From NCBI GenBank assembly GCA_963667175.2, contig CAXXXF010000015.1:64001-128000 (forward strand): a stretch of 64,000 nt of DNA, read 5' to 3'. The DNA comes from Candidatus Latescibacterota bacterium. Its GTDB lineage: Bacteria > Latescibacterota > UBA2968 > GCA-2709665. A program made the translations under genes and the position numbers. Positions 21,281 to 31,895 of this stretch are shown piece after piece. The notes beneath the pieces are model-generated. The model searched no databases. It was not told where the DNA came from and saw only the letters and a list, made by a program, of their open reading frames with translations. Position 1 is the stretch's first letter. The number at the start of each line of letters is the position of its first letter.

Positions 21281-24196
21281 ATGCATCCGTCGCGATTCGC
21301 GCCGTCCGCAGTTTTTCTCGTCGCCGTTCTCTGCAGTCTGGTATCCAGCCTCGATGCCGCGTACACTCGTATCCACGAACCCGGTTCCGACGATCCGATG
21401 GCGGTACATATCTTTCGTCTGGACAACGGACTAAGCGTCTATCTCACCGAAAACCATCAGACGCCTCGCTTTTACGCGGAAATCATCGTACGGGCGGGCA
21501 GCAAACACGATCCGGCCGAATCCACCGGTCTGGCGCACTACCTGGAGCATATGTTGTTCAAGGGCACCCAACACATCGGCTCGCTGGACTACGAAAAGGA
21601 AAAAGCGCATCTCGACCGTATCACCAGTCTCTATGAGGAGCACTTCAGGGAAACAGACCCGGAAAAGCGGAAAGCCATCTACGCCGAGATCAACAAGGAG
21701 TCCCAGCTTGCGGCCGCGTATGCCATACCAAACGAGATAGACAAGCTCTACAAGGCCATGGGCGGCACCGGGCTGAACGCGCACACCTGGCACGAAGAGA
21801 CGGTCTACAGGATCAATCTGCCAGCCAACCGGTTGCGCCACTGGGCCGTGATCGAATCCGAACGCTTCCGAAACGCCGTCTTCCGGCTGTTTCAGTCCGA
21901 ACTCGAGACCGTCTACGAAGAAAAAAACCGGTCGATGGACAACAAGGACCGGATCATCAGTTACGCGGTTGCCGATCTGCTTTACAAGAAACATCCCTAC
22001 GGCCAGCAGACCACGATCGGAAAAGTGGAACACCTGAAGAATCCGTCGCTGAAAAACATGTACTGGTTTTACAATACCTATTACGTGCCTAACAATATGG
22101 CGATCGCGATCTCGGGGGACATCCGGATCGACGATACGATCAAGCTCATCGACCGGCATTTCTCCGGATGGCGCAAGGGTACCCTTCCTCAACTGCCCGA
22201 TTGGAAGGAAGCGCCGCTCAACGGCGTCGAACGGGCGAGCGTCAAGTACCAGGGAGAAGAGTTCGCGCTTCTGGCATTCCGGACCGCATCGCGAAACCAC
22301 CAGGACGCGGATGCGCTCAAACTCCTGGATATGATCCTGGACAACGCCACGGCCGGACTGATCAACCTCAACCTGAACCAGAAACAACGGGTACGCAGGG
22401 CCGGATCGTACCCCACCCTGTACAACGACCACGGCGCCCAGTATCTGTGGGGCATTCCCAAGAAAGACCAAACACTGGAGGAACTTGAACAACTGCTCCT
22501 GGATCAGCTTGAAATCGTCAAGAGCGGGGGTTTCGAAGACTGGATTCTGCCCGCCATCGTCACCGACTTCAAGAAGCACGAAAAGAGGGAAATGGAATCG
22601 GACAATGCCCGGGTGCGCCGGATGCGGAATTCATTTCTTTCCCACCAGGACTGGAACCATACCGCGGGTGAGATCGCCCGTCTTGAAAAGGTCACCAAAG
22701 AAGACGTCGTCCGCGTCGCTCGGAAATACTTCGCGGACAACTACGTTGCCGGCTACCGGGTGGATGAACAGCACGAAATCCCCAGGATTCAGAAACCGCA
22801 GATCGACAGGATCGATATCGACGCCACACGGCAGTCCGTTTTTGCCGGCAACGTACTGTCGATGCCCGCGGAAGAAATCGAGCCGACGTTTGTCGATCCG
22901 GACAAGGACTACCGGATCGCGGAATACCACGACGGCGTCCGGCTCTACTATTCCCGCAACCCGATCAACGATCTCTTTACGCTCAGCTTTACGGTGGACC
23001 TTGGGAACAACCAGAACAACAGGATGGGTGTTGCCGCCCGCTTGATCGACAAGTCGGGTACCGGACGCCACACCTCCGAAGCCCTCAAGAAGGAGTGGTA
23101 CAAACTCGGCACTGAATTCTCCCTGTCGGCGGGGAACAACGAAACCACCGTGACCATAGCGGGCCTCGACGAGAACTTCGATGCCTCGCTGGAGCTGATG
23201 GCTGAGCTTGTGAACAACCCGTCGGCCGACAAGGCGACACTCGAACAGCTTGTCGGCATCATCCTCGGGGAGCGAGAAGACACGAAAAAAAATCACCGAA
23301 CCATTCAGGGCGGCGTTGTCCTGAACAACAGATACGGCAAAGAGTCTCGCTACCTGCGCATGCTGCCCAACGAAGCGTTGCGGGAACTTTCGGTGGAGGA
23401 ACTGCATGGATTGGCGCGACGCCTGTTCGAGTACAAGCACACGATCGCGTATACCGGTTCTCTTCCCCTTGAACAGGTGATGGCGGCGCTGAAGAAAACC
23501 CATCGGGTCTCAGGTGAACTGGATGACCCGCCGCCGTACCGGTTCTATAAGGCGAGGACGCCCGACAAGACCGAAATCCGCTTTTTTGACAAATCCCTCG
23601 CCCAGGCGCTCGTCTACATCGAATTCGGCGACGTGGATTACAGCGAGGCGTCCGTTCCCGAGACGGAACTCTACAACAGCTATTTCGGCGGCGGGATGAG
23701 CGGCATCGTCTTCCAGGAACTGCGGGAAGCCCGCGCGCTGGCCTACTCGGCCTGGGCGCGGTACTTCAACGGCAACCGGAAGGGAGACCAGAACCTCCTG
23801 GCGGGATCCATCGCCTGCCAGCCCGACAAGACGATCGAAGCCGTCGAAGCGTTTATCGACCTGATCGACAACATGCCGGTCACACCCGAGCGATTTGAAG
23901 AAGCCCGCGCCTCCATTCTGAACAGATACCGCACCAGCAAAATCGGCTTTCGACGGGTCCTGGGATCCGTTCGTTCCTGGGAACGTCTGGGCGTTCCCGT
24001 GGATCCCCGAAAGTCGCGATTCGAGAGAATCCAGGCCGCGGAAATGGACGACATGCTGGGGTTTTACGGGAAGAACCTGAAGAACCGCGTCAAGCTGATT
24101 TCCATCGTCGGGGACAAAAACAAAATCGACCTCGCGGCGCTCGAGAAATTCGGAACGGTCAGCGAGGTCGGGCTCGAGGACATCTTTGTGTTTTAA
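21281..24196 (+). CDS. Exported M16 (insulinase/pitrilysin) zinc peptidase
   Basis: Signal peptide; GLAHYLEH inverted zinc motif; LREARALAYS. Confidence 0.92.
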   Translation: MHPSRFAPSAVFLVAVLCSLVSSLDAAYTRIHEPGSDDPMAVHIFRLDNGLSVYLTENHQTPRFYAEIIVRAGSKHDPAESTGLAHYLEHMLFKGTQHIGSLDYEKEKAHLDRITSLYEEHFRETDPEKRKAIYAEINKESQLAAAYAIPNEIDKLYKAMGGTGLNAHTWHEETVYRINLPANRLRHWAVIESERFRNAVFRLFQSELETVYEEKNRSMDNKDRIISYAVADLLYKKHPYGQQTTIGKVEHLKNPSLKNMYWFYNTYYVPNNMAIAISGDIRIDDTIKLIDRHFSGWRKGTLPQLPDWKEAPLNGVERASVKYQGEEFALLAFRTASRNHQDADALKLLDMILDNATAGLINLNLNQKQRVRRAGSYPTLYNDHGAQYLWGIPKKDQTLEELEQLLLDQLEIVKSGGFEDWILPAIVTDFKKHEKREMESDNARVRRMRNSFLSHQDWNHTAGEIARLEKVTKEDVVRVARKYFADNYVAGYRVDEQHEIPRIQKPQIDRIDIDATRQSVFAGNVLSMPAEEIEPTFVDPDKDYRIAEYHDGVRLYYSRNPINDLFTLSFTVDLGNNQNNRMGVAARLIDKSGTGRHTSEALKKEWYKLGTEFSLSAGNNETTVTIAGLDENFDASLELMAELVNNPSADKATLEQLVGIILGEREDTKKNHRTIQGGVVLNNRYGKESRYLRMLPNEALRELSVEELHGLARRLFEYKHTIAYTGSLPLEQVMAALKKTHRVSGELDDPPPYRFYKARTPDKTEIRFFDKSLAQALVYIEFGDVDYSEASVPETELYNSYFGGGMSGIVFQELREARALAYSAWARYFNGNRKGDQNLLAGSIACQPDKTIEAVEAFIDLIDNMPVTPERFEEARASILNRYRTSKIGFRRVLGSVRSWERLGVPVDPRKSRFERIQAAEMDDMLGFYGKNLKNRVKLISIVGDKNKIDLAALEKFGTVSEVGLEDIFVF

Positions 24197-24409
24197 CCGG
24201 CGCGGCAGATCGTCATTCGCAAGACGTGCCGGTCACACGTGCCTCAACCCTGTCTGTCATACCGACGAAGTCGTTGTGAAGGTGGGGCAGACGTGCCTGT
24301 CTGCCGACGCGCGCCTGATCTGTCATCCTGTGGAAGCCTGCAGACTGACGAAGCGCGTCCTGCCGCGCCGGACAGTGCCTGCACCCTCTCGCAAGCTGTA
24401 TATTCGTCC

Positions 24410-24437
24410 TTGACAAGCGTTGAAAACGGGATATTAT
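24410..24437 (+). promoter_or_regulatory. Putative sigma70 promoter
   Basis: TTGACA-N16-TATTAT upstream of the ORF at 24467. Confidence 0.45.
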
Positions 24438-24466
24438 TTCAGCAAACTACACCGGCGGAGTATGCC

Positions 24467-24682
24467 ATGATAGGGAAAATCTTCAGCGCCGATAACGTCC
24501 GCATGGCCATCTTCCTGTTCACCCTGATCGGCGCCATGTGGACGCTTACAAACAGACTCGAAGACAAAATGGACGCACGCTTTGACAAGATCGAATCCCG
24601 TCTGGATCGGATCGACACCCGTCTGGATTCCTTCGGCGAACGTATTGCCAAAAACGAAGCACGTTTAGACGCCTCTGAGTAA
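24467..24682 (+). CDS. Small single-TM coiled-coil protein
   Basis: GGAG RBS, hydrophobic helix, heptads RFDKIESRLDRIDTRLD. Confidence 0.65.
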   Translation: MIGKIFSADNVRMAIFLFTLIGAMWTLTNRLEDKMDARFDKIESRLDRIDTRLDSFGERIAKNEARLDASE

Positions 24683-24786
24683 GCCCCTCCAACGCGTACC
24701 GCTCCCTCTGTCGAATCACCACCTGCCACGCCGTACGATGTGTGAGCGGCGAACCATGAGCCCGCTCTGACCGGCAGAACATCGCC

Positions 24787-24895
24787 ATCACTCCCCCCTT
24801 GAGGGGGAGTCGCCTGCCTGCGCCAAGCGGAGCGCCTGCCTGCCGCGGGAAGCGCAGCGGCGCAGGCAGGCGGCAGGCAGGCGGAAGCCGAGCCG
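24787..24895 (+). repeat. CACTCCCCCCTTGAGGGGGAGTCG REP-like element carrying a 69-bp nested palindrome
   Basis: The insert 24813-24881 is identical to 44345-44413; related host repeats at about 34395, 44320 and 48106. Confidence 0.85.
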
Positions 24896-24905
24896 GCGCC
24901 TCCCG

Positions 24906-26132
24906 TTACGAATCCCATCCCGCTATGAAATCCGACGTCGTGTAACCCTCCGGCATCTCGTTGAAGTGATATTTCATCGGGCCTGACTGAAATCCCGGTT
25001 CGAAGTGCTCCGCATCCGATCGAAGCCGCTTGTCGAGCGGTTCGAACCGTTTCCACAACGTCTCCGCCTCTGAATCGTCGAACCGCTCCGCGAACGCCGG
25101 ACCCCAGTTGAGCGTAATCGGATGGGCCCCGCCGCGGAGCCGGCGGGACAGGTCTTCCGGAACGTCGGGATACGGGGCGTTCTTCGCCAGCCGGATCGCC
25201 AATGCGGCCTTGCACAGGAAGACGGTGGAGAGCATCTTTCCCTTTTCGCCACGGCCCGGATGAAGCCGGTTCAACCCCTCGGTGTAACTCTCCCCGTCGC
25301 ATTCGATAACCGCCTTGAGCGCTTCCTCCGTGTGGCTTTTCATCTCCAGGCTCCGCTGATTCCAGCGCTCGAACGCGGCTGCCGTTCCCTTCGAAAGGTG
25401 TTCCGCGAAAGAGAGATCGTCAATCGACGTGTGGATGGAAAACCCGCCGTGTATGGTCCGTCTCAACCTGGGGCTGTAATTGCTGCCCCAGTGGAGAAGC
25501 GGGAGGATGTACACAACGCCGTCTCCCGATTCGAGGCGGGTCCGGACGCCGTTCGGCAACGGCTGGCACGGGTCGGCCAGCATCAGTTCGTTTTCCTGCC
25601 TCGTGTTGAAACGGACGTGGCTGCCGGGTATCACCACCAGGACGTTGTCGTCGTAAAGCGGTACGTTCCATTGGACGTAGCGGGGTCCCCCTTCGAGGAC
25701 GTCGTCGATATATCCCTGGAGGGGGGCGGTGTCGATCGGGTGGTGGTCGCGATGCCACTTCGCGGGGCCGTGGTCCCGAACCGGATTGCACATCATCATC
25801 ATTTCGGTTACCGCCGCGTCTGCAACGCCCAGTAGCCGGGAGCTGATGCCCTGGAGGTTCGGCGTCAGCCACGCCTCGACCGCGGGCGCGGTCTCTTCAT
25901 CGATCCCCCGGATCAGCGGCGGCCGGTTAAGCATCAGGCGGGGTTGCGGGCTGGTCTCCCACTCGCCTCCCGGCGGGTCGCCTTCCTTTCGCATGGCCCT
26001 CCAGTTTTCGCGCTGGCGGTTCACCAGCGTTTCGTAGGCCCGGCGAACTACCTGCAGCTTCTCCCGCGGAATGGCTTCCTTGACCACAAGGTAGCCCTCT
26101 TCCAGGAATCGATCGCGGTCGACCGGTTGCAT
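24906..26132 (-). CDS. Phytanoyl-CoA dioxygenase (PhyH) family Fe/2OG enzyme
   Basis: FLEEGYLVV, WHRD, IPGSH, LLHWG. Confidence 0.82.
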   Translation of the reverse strand: MQPVDRDRFLEEGYLVVKEAIPREKLQVVRRAYETLVNRQRENWRAMRKEGDPPGGEWETSPQPRLMLNRPPLIRGIDEETAPAVEAWLTPNLQGISSRLLGVADAAVTEMMMMCNPVRDHGPAKWHRDHHPIDTAPLQGYIDDVLEGGPRYVQWNVPLYDDNVLVVIPGSHVRFNTRQENELMLADPCQPLPNGVRTRLESGDGVVYILPLLHWGSNYSPRLRRTIHGGFSIHTSIDDLSFAEHLSKGTAAAFERWNQRSLEMKSHTEEALKAVIECDGESYTEGLNRLHPGRGEKGKMLSTVFLCKAALAIRLAKNAPYPDVPEDLSRRLRGGAHPITLNWGPAFAERFDDSEAETLWKRFEPLDKRLRSDAEHFEPGFQSGPMKYHFNEMPEGYTTSDFIAGWDS

Positions 26133-26734
26133 GACGTTCCCTCCAGGTGTGGCTCAGTGTTGTGTCACAGAAACAGGTTGCATGAATTCAGCAGGAGAAA
26201 TGCAGCGATCAGCACTCAGCCATCAGCAGTCAGCTTGAACCGAAATCTAAGATCAAGTTCAAAATCCCCTTTTCCCAAAATTCCCTGCCATCGAAAAACA
26301 GCTATCAGCGGTCGGCGTTCAGCCGTCAGCGAAAATCAAAAACAAAAATCAGCTCACACAAAGACACGAAGACACAAAGAGAGACAGAGCGTTCAGCCGA
26401 GAGCGAACCACCCTCAGCCCCGCAAACCTCTCCCCCCGGCCTGCCTGCGCCGAGTTCTGCTCGGCAGGCAGGCGCCGTTCTTTTTGGTCCTTTTTCTTGG
26501 GCGTACAAGAAAAAGGACGAAGAGAAAATGAGAGTTGGTGGAAGAGATAAAGCCTTTGTCCCCCAGGAGGTTAGTTCCAAAGGGAGTTGTGACCGACAAC
26601 AGGCGACCTGAGCAAGGTCGGCCGGCGATGGCACATAGACAAGCCACTGCGGCAAGCTCAGTGCAAGCAGCGCGAGCAACGCCGTGAGAAGGGATGAATC
26701 GTCGGCCGAATGGCGAGGTACGTTTGGACCCGGA

Positions 26735-27619
26735 CTACGCCCCGATAAACGTCTCGGACCATTTCGGTTCGTAGTTGCTCTCGAAGAGCCAGTCGAAGTC
26801 TTCGGGAACGATGTGCGCCCGATCGGGGCGCAGTTTTTCCCTCAGACGGGGAAAGAAATCCATCAGGGAGTCCCGTTGGCCTTTCGGGAGTCCGCAGGAA
26901 ACGCCCGTGGCGGCCCATGCCGAAAGCATCGCCTTTCGGGGCACGGTATCCTCGTTCTGCCACGCCGAATGCAGTCCGGAACTGCATAGAATCAGCATCT
27001 GTCCTCGACGGGCAACCATAGGCGCCGGCTTCTGATCCAGCCAGGGCACGTCGGTCAGGTCGGGCACATGCTCAGGATAGGACCCCGTGCCTTCGGCCGG
27101 ACTCGGACGCACCCCGTGAACGCGAGGCAGCATCGCCTTGTGCTCCTGCGTGAGGACGCGGCTCCAGTATTCCATGATGGGGCGGTGGCTTCCGGGCAGT
27201 ACGCGCATCGCCCCCCGATGCTCCGGCACGTCGTTCAGCCAGAACCACAGCTCCGCGCGCATCCTGCGGGGCGTCGCCTGGAAGTCGTCCCACGTGGCCT
27301 GGACGTCGGTGTGGCATCCGCTTGCCCACTGGTCGCGGACGCTCCCGAAAGGCGCCTTGGCCGGGTGACGGCCGTGGGGCGACACGCCCCACCAGAGATG
27401 CGCGGCATCCGCCCGCAACAGTTTCCTTGCCACTTCCTCGAAGTAGGGATGCTGGAAGACGTCCAGATAGTCGGGGTCCTCGTAGGGCGGCCGGCCGCTC
27501 GCTGTCAGCCGGTCCCACGCGGCTTCCGCCCGGTCGAGCTCCGCGGTCGTGAACGGGCTGTCGATCGTGACGGCGCCAAGCTCCTCGTATTGTCTCATTT
27601 CCGCGTCGGTCAGTGCCAT
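26735..27619 (-). CDS. PhyH-family Fe/2OG dioxygenase
   Basis: HTD, WLNDV, LPGSH, LHSAWQN. Confidence 0.82.
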   Translation of the reverse strand: MALTDAEMRQYEELGAVTIDSPFTTAELDRAEAAWDRLTASGRPPYEDPDYLDVFQHPYFEEVARKLLRADAAHLWWGVSPHGRHPAKAPFGSVRDQWASGCHTDVQATWDDFQATPRRMRAELWFWLNDVPEHRGAMRVLPGSHRPIMEYWSRVLTQEHKAMLPRVHGVRPSPAEGTGSYPEHVPDLTDVPWLDQKPAPMVARRGQMLILCSSGLHSAWQNEDTVPRKAMLSAWAATGVSCGLPKGQRDSLMDFFPRLREKLRPDRAHIVPEDFDWLFESNYEPKWSETFIGA

Positions 27620-27635
27620 TCCAGTCTCCTTTGTG

Positions 27636-30600
27636 TCATGCGGGACGTGGTGGCGCGTTGAGCCGCAACCGCGCCTTTTTTCGCTCCCGTTTGATATCGT
27701 CCAGGACCGCCATGAAGCAGGGTATCACGAATAACGTCAGCACCGTCGAGACAAGCAATCCGAAAAGGATCACGTTCGCCAGCGGCGACCAGAGGGCCGA
27801 CTTGCCGCCGATGCCGATGGCCATCGGCATCAGGCCGGATATCGTCGTCACCGAAGTCAGGATGATCGGCCGCAGCCGCAACCGCCCCGCGTTCACGATG
27901 CTCCGCCAGAGGTTCGTCACGGACCCGCCGGGACGTCGCCGCCTGTTCATGAAAGCCACCATCACAATGGCGTCGTTGACGACGATTCCCGCCAGGGCCA
28001 CGAAACCGAATATCGAGATCAGACTGAAGGGATTGCCCGAAATCAACAGTCCGAGCAGCGCGCCGATGATCGCGAAGGGTACGGAAGTCAGGATCACCAG
28101 CGGTTGAGCGTAGGAATTGAACTGGGTTCCCAGGATCAGAAACATCAGAATCAGACTGACGGCGAACAGCGCCGCGACGTTGTCGAACGCTTCCAGGAAA
28201 TCCGTAAACTCCCCGCCGATATGGAAGCTGACGTCGGAATACTGCGCTTCGATCGACGGAAAGATTCCGAGCATTCTGTTGTTGATCTGATCCAACGTCA
28301 ATACGGCTTCGTCGATCTCGCCGGTGACGATGATGGTCCGATTCCGGTCGAAGCGCTTGATCCTCGTGCGTCCCGGACCGATTGAGAAGGAGACCATGTC
28401 TCGCAGTGCGACCGTAAGCCCGCTTGCGTTCGTCACCTGTACGTTCAGCACGTCTTCGACGGTCGACCGGTTTGCTCTGTCGTACTGTACGATGACGTCC
28501 ACCTCTTCGTCACCATCCCTGAACGTCGTGGCCCTGACTCCGTCGAACGCGTACCGGACGTTCAGGGCCACGTCCTGCGCCGAGAAACCGTACAGCGCCG
28601 CTCTGACTTCGTCCACTTCGATCCGGATCGTCTCCTTGCCGGGCGGGAAGTCGTCGGTCACTTCCCGCGTGCCCGGGATCCGGCGCAGCGAGTCCTGCAG
28701 CGCAAGCGCGGCTTCCTTCATCCGGTCGAGATAACGACCCTGAACCTTCACGGAAATCGGTTTTCCTTCGGGCGGCCCACCGGCGAATAACTCGAAGCTG
28801 ACCGAAGCGGGTCCCTCGATGTGCTCCGTGCGCTCCCGGAGCATATCCATCAGTTCGTCAGACATCCTCGCGCGTTCTTCTTTGGGCTTGAGCTGTACAA
28901 GGACCTGGGAGACGCTCTTCCGCGTCAGCCACTCGTTGTTGCTCTGCAGGAGACCGACGTTCACGACGACGCCCTCGACGTCCTCATCGGAGAGGCGGAG
29001 GGCCTCGGCCTCGTAGGCGCGGGTGACGCGGTCCGACTCGTGCAGGCTGGTTCCTTCAGGGAACTTGATGAGCACCTTGAACGCGTCCAGTTCATCGTCG
29101 GCATAGATGTCGATGGGGAGCCGGCCGAGGATCATCAACGCGCCGATGAGGACGCCGACCAGCGCGCCGATCACCCAGTAGCGCCGCCGCAGCGTGCGGA
29201 CCAGCAATCGACCGTATATTCTGCGGAGTCTCCTGAAAAACGGCTGTTCGCCTCTTTTGTGGGCGTTGGACCGCCGGGTCCATTCGGCGTAATGTGAAGG
29301 CAGAAGGACGAAAGCCTCGAACAGGGAAGCGGCCAGCGCGAGCGCGAAGGTCAAGGGGATGATCCGCATGAACTTCCCCATCACGCCCGGCAACAGGATC
29401 AAGGGAAGGAACGCGGCAATGTTGGTGCCTACGGAACTGAAAATCGGCGTTGTTACTTCGCCCGCGCCCAGGATGGCGGCCTCGCCGGCGCTGTGGCCCT
29501 GCAGCCGGTAGCGGTGGCAGTTCTCGATCACGATGATGGCGTCATCCACGATAATGCCCAGTACCATCACCATCGCGAACAGCGTGCTCCCGTTAATGGT
29601 ATAGCCGAAAATGCTCAGTAGAATGAAGGTGATGAAGAATGAAATGGGTATCCCGATCGTCGCCAGAAAGGCGTTCCAGGACCCCAGGAAAAGCCAGAGC
29701 ACGAGTGAAATGAGCACCATGCCCGTGACCGCGTTGTTCCGGAGCGCCGCGATCACCCGGTTGATGTACACGGAGTTGTCGTCCGTAAAGGTGAAGCTGA
29801 TACCGTCCGGTACGCGGTCCTCGTACCTGCGGATCGTCGCCTTGACGGCCAGGATCATGTCGTTCGTATTCGCGTCGGTTTTCTTCGATAGAGAGAACGT
29901 GATGGACGGCTTGCCGTTCAGCCTGGAGAGGACCTGGGGTTCTTCGCGGCGGTCCCGGACCCTGGCGACGTCACTGACTCTGACGGTTTCCCCACCCGGC
30001 GCCGCCCGGACGATTGTCTCGCGAATCTCGTCCACGCTACGGAATTCCGCCAGGGACCGGATGGCGTACTCCGTCGCACGGTAGGTGAGGGCGCCTCCGG
30101 ATACGTTCAGGTTCCTCGCCCGTATCGCCCGGACCACGTCCGGAACCGTCAGGCCGCGGGCAGCCAGCCGGGAGGGATCGACTTCGATCCAGATTTCCCG
30201 TTCGGGGAGGCCCGCAACCTGCACCCTGGCGACGCCCGATATGTTCTTCAGGTCATCCTCGAGATCGTCGGCAACAATCTGGGCGTTTTCCTCCGGGATC
30301 GTGAATGCCATGTTGACCGTGAGTACGGGCAGGAAATCGCCGCTGTCGAAGTCGTCCACCTCCGGGTCCTCTGCCGCGTCCGGGAGCTCTACCCGGTCGA
30401 TACGCCCCTTGAGGTCCGTGTAGACCTCCCTGAATTCGGACTCCGACATGTCTTCGAACTTGACGAGGAACAACGCCAGGCCCGCGTCTGCCGTGGACTG
30501 CAACTCGTCGATCTTGTTCAGGTCGTGGATTTCCGCTTCGATGGGGACGACAATCAGGCTCTCCACCTCTTCAGGGCTCGCGCCCGGGTACGGGATCGAG

Positions 30601-30740
30601 ACAGTCACCCAGTTGAAGTCAATCTGCGGGTTCATCTCCTGCGGCATGCTGAAGAGACTGATGCCGCCGAAGCAGAGCAGGCCCACCATGACCAGGTTCA
30701 CCAATACCGGGTTTCGAACCGAGAATTTCGCGATCGACAT
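27636..30740 (-). CDS. RND efflux permease (AcrB family)
   Basis: YPGASPEEVE, GIIVDDAIIVIEN, GIVVNDAI, RLRPIILT; 1034 aa. Confidence 0.95.
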   Translation of the reverse strand: MSIAKFSVRNPVLVNLVMVGLLCFGGISLFSMPQEMNPQIDFNWVTVSIPYPGASPEEVESLIVVPIEAEIHDLNKIDELQSTADAGLALFLVKFEDMSESEFREVYTDLKGRIDRVELPDAAEDPEVDDFDSGDFLPVLTVNMAFTIPEENAQIVADDLEDDLKNISGVARVQVAGLPEREIWIEVDPSRLAARGLTVPDVVRAIRARNLNVSGGALTYRATEYAIRSLAEFRSVDEIRETIVRAAPGGETVRVSDVARVRDRREEPQVLSRLNGKPSITFSLSKKTDANTNDMILAVKATIRRYEDRVPDGISFTFTDDNSVYINRVIAALRNNAVTGMVLISLVLWLFLGSWNAFLATIGIPISFFITFILLSIFGYTINGSTLFAMVMVLGIIVDDAIIVIENCHRYRLQGHSAGEAAILGAGEVTTPIFSSVGTNIAAFLPLILLPGVMGKFMRIIPLTFALALAASLFEAFVLLPSHYAEWTRRSNAHKRGEQPFFRRLRRIYGRLLVRTLRRRYWVIGALVGVLIGALMILGRLPIDIYADDELDAFKVLIKFPEGTSLHESDRVTRAYEAEALRLSDEDVEGVVVNVGLLQSNNEWLTRKSVSQVLVQLKPKEERARMSDELMDMLRERTEHIEGPASVSFELFAGGPPEGKPISVKVQGRYLDRMKEAALALQDSLRRIPGTREVTDDFPPGKETIRIEVDEVRAALYGFSAQDVALNVRYAFDGVRATTFRDGDEEVDVIVQYDRANRSTVEDVLNVQVTNASGLTVALRDMVSFSIGPGRTRIKRFDRNRTIIVTGEIDEAVLTLDQINNRMLGIFPSIEAQYSDVSFHIGGEFTDFLEAFDNVAALFAVSLILMFLILGTQFNSYAQPLVILTSVPFAIIGALLGLLISGNPFSLISIFGFVALAGIVVNDAIVMVAFMNRRRRPGGSVTNLWRSIVNAGRLRLRPIILTSVTTISGLMPMAIGIGGKSALWSPLANVILFGLLVSTVLTLFVIPCFMAVLDDIKRERKKARLRLNAPPRPA

Positions 30741-30785
30741 ATCAGGGATGCCTCATGTGCCGGATCCGAACAATGTCCGTCCGAC

Positions 30786-31895
30786 TCATCGAAAGGCGCG
30801 AATCGTCACCGGGGTTTCCACGCCCAGACGCAGCATGCCCCCGACGACGATCGTGTCCCCCTCCGCGAGCCCGGTTTCCACGGAAACCCGGGAACCGAAC
30901 GTTTCGCGGGTTGTGACCTCGGTGAGGCGCGCGACATCCTTCCGGATCCGATAGACGTGCTCCTTGCCGTTTCGCGCGAGGACCGCGTTGCCGGGAACGA
31001 CGAACTGAGGACTCGATCCGCCCAGCATCACACGGCACCGGGCCGACATTCCCCCGCGAATCGACGTATCGGTCGTATTGGCCACGTGGACTTCAACGGG
31101 AAACGCTCCGGTTTCCTCTTCAGCCTGAGGGGAGACGTAGCGGACGTACCCGTCGAACCCCCGGTGACCCAGCGCCGCGACGGCAATGCGTACCGGGCCG
31201 CCTGTCCGGATGCGGCCGATGGCCGACTGGGGGATTCCCAGCGTGATTTTCATGGTTGTCAGATCGACGACACGATAGGCCGGCGCGCCGGTGGATATCA
31301 TCGCGCCGGGCTCTACGTGCTTTCTGGATACCCATCCGTCGATCGGGCTCATCAGCCGGGTGTCTTCGAACCCTTTGCGCGCGCGACTCAATTCGGCCTG
31401 GTTCGATTTCAACTCGGCCTCCGCGGACTTGACGGCAAACCGGGACGTCTCGAACGCCAGCCTGGAGATGTCACCGGATTCCAGAAGCTGCCGGTCGCTT
31501 TCGAAATTCAATCGCGCAATATTGAGTTTGTTTTCCGAGGATAGAACCTGCGCCAGGGCATGTTCCAGGCGGCTCCGGGCCACGCGGTCGTCGATCACGG
31601 CCAGGGTGTCTCCCGCCGTGACGCGCCCGCCGACCTCGGCCCTGACGTCCGTCAGTCGACCGCCGGTCTCGGCGACCACGTCCACCGCTCCGTGCGGCAG
31701 AATAACGCCCGCGACGTCGACCGCCTCTTCCACGATTTCGCGGCGCACGACCCTGGCCTCGACTGGGACGGCCCGGAGCGTATCCACGCCCTGGTCGGCC
31801 GACCCGCCCGTATCGGCGTCCTCCCGCGACCCACACGACAGCGCGCAAGAGCAGAGCGCGAGCGCGGCAATGGTTGCTGCATTCCCGTGTTTCAT
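30786..31895 (-). CDS. RND periplasmic adaptor (MFP) lipoprotein
   Basis: Lipobox ALSC, SPIDG, GLAEGD. Confidence 0.92.
   Translation of the reverse strand: MKHGNAATIAALALCSCALSCGSREDADTGGSADQGVDTLRAVPVEARVVRREIVEEAVDVAGVILPHGAVDVVAETGGRLTDVRAEVGGRVTAGDTLAVIDDRVARSRLEHALAQVLSSENKLNIARLNFESDRQLLESGDISRLAFETSRFAVKSAEAELKSNQAELSRARKGFEDTRLMSPIDGWVSRKHVEPGAMISTGAPAYRVVDLTTMKITLGIPQSAIGRIRTGGPVRIAVAALGHRGFDGYVRYVSPQAEEETGAFPVEVHVANTTDTSIRGGMSARCRVMLGGSSPQFVVPGNAVLARNGKEHVYRIRKDVARLTEVTTRETFGSRVSVETGLAEGDTIVVGGMLRLGVETPVTIRAFR

Noticed and set aside
24439-25302. ORFs containing SACLPPACAAALPAAGRR (also at 44190 and 45863)
   Set aside because: They are translations of the palindromic repeat, not a protein family
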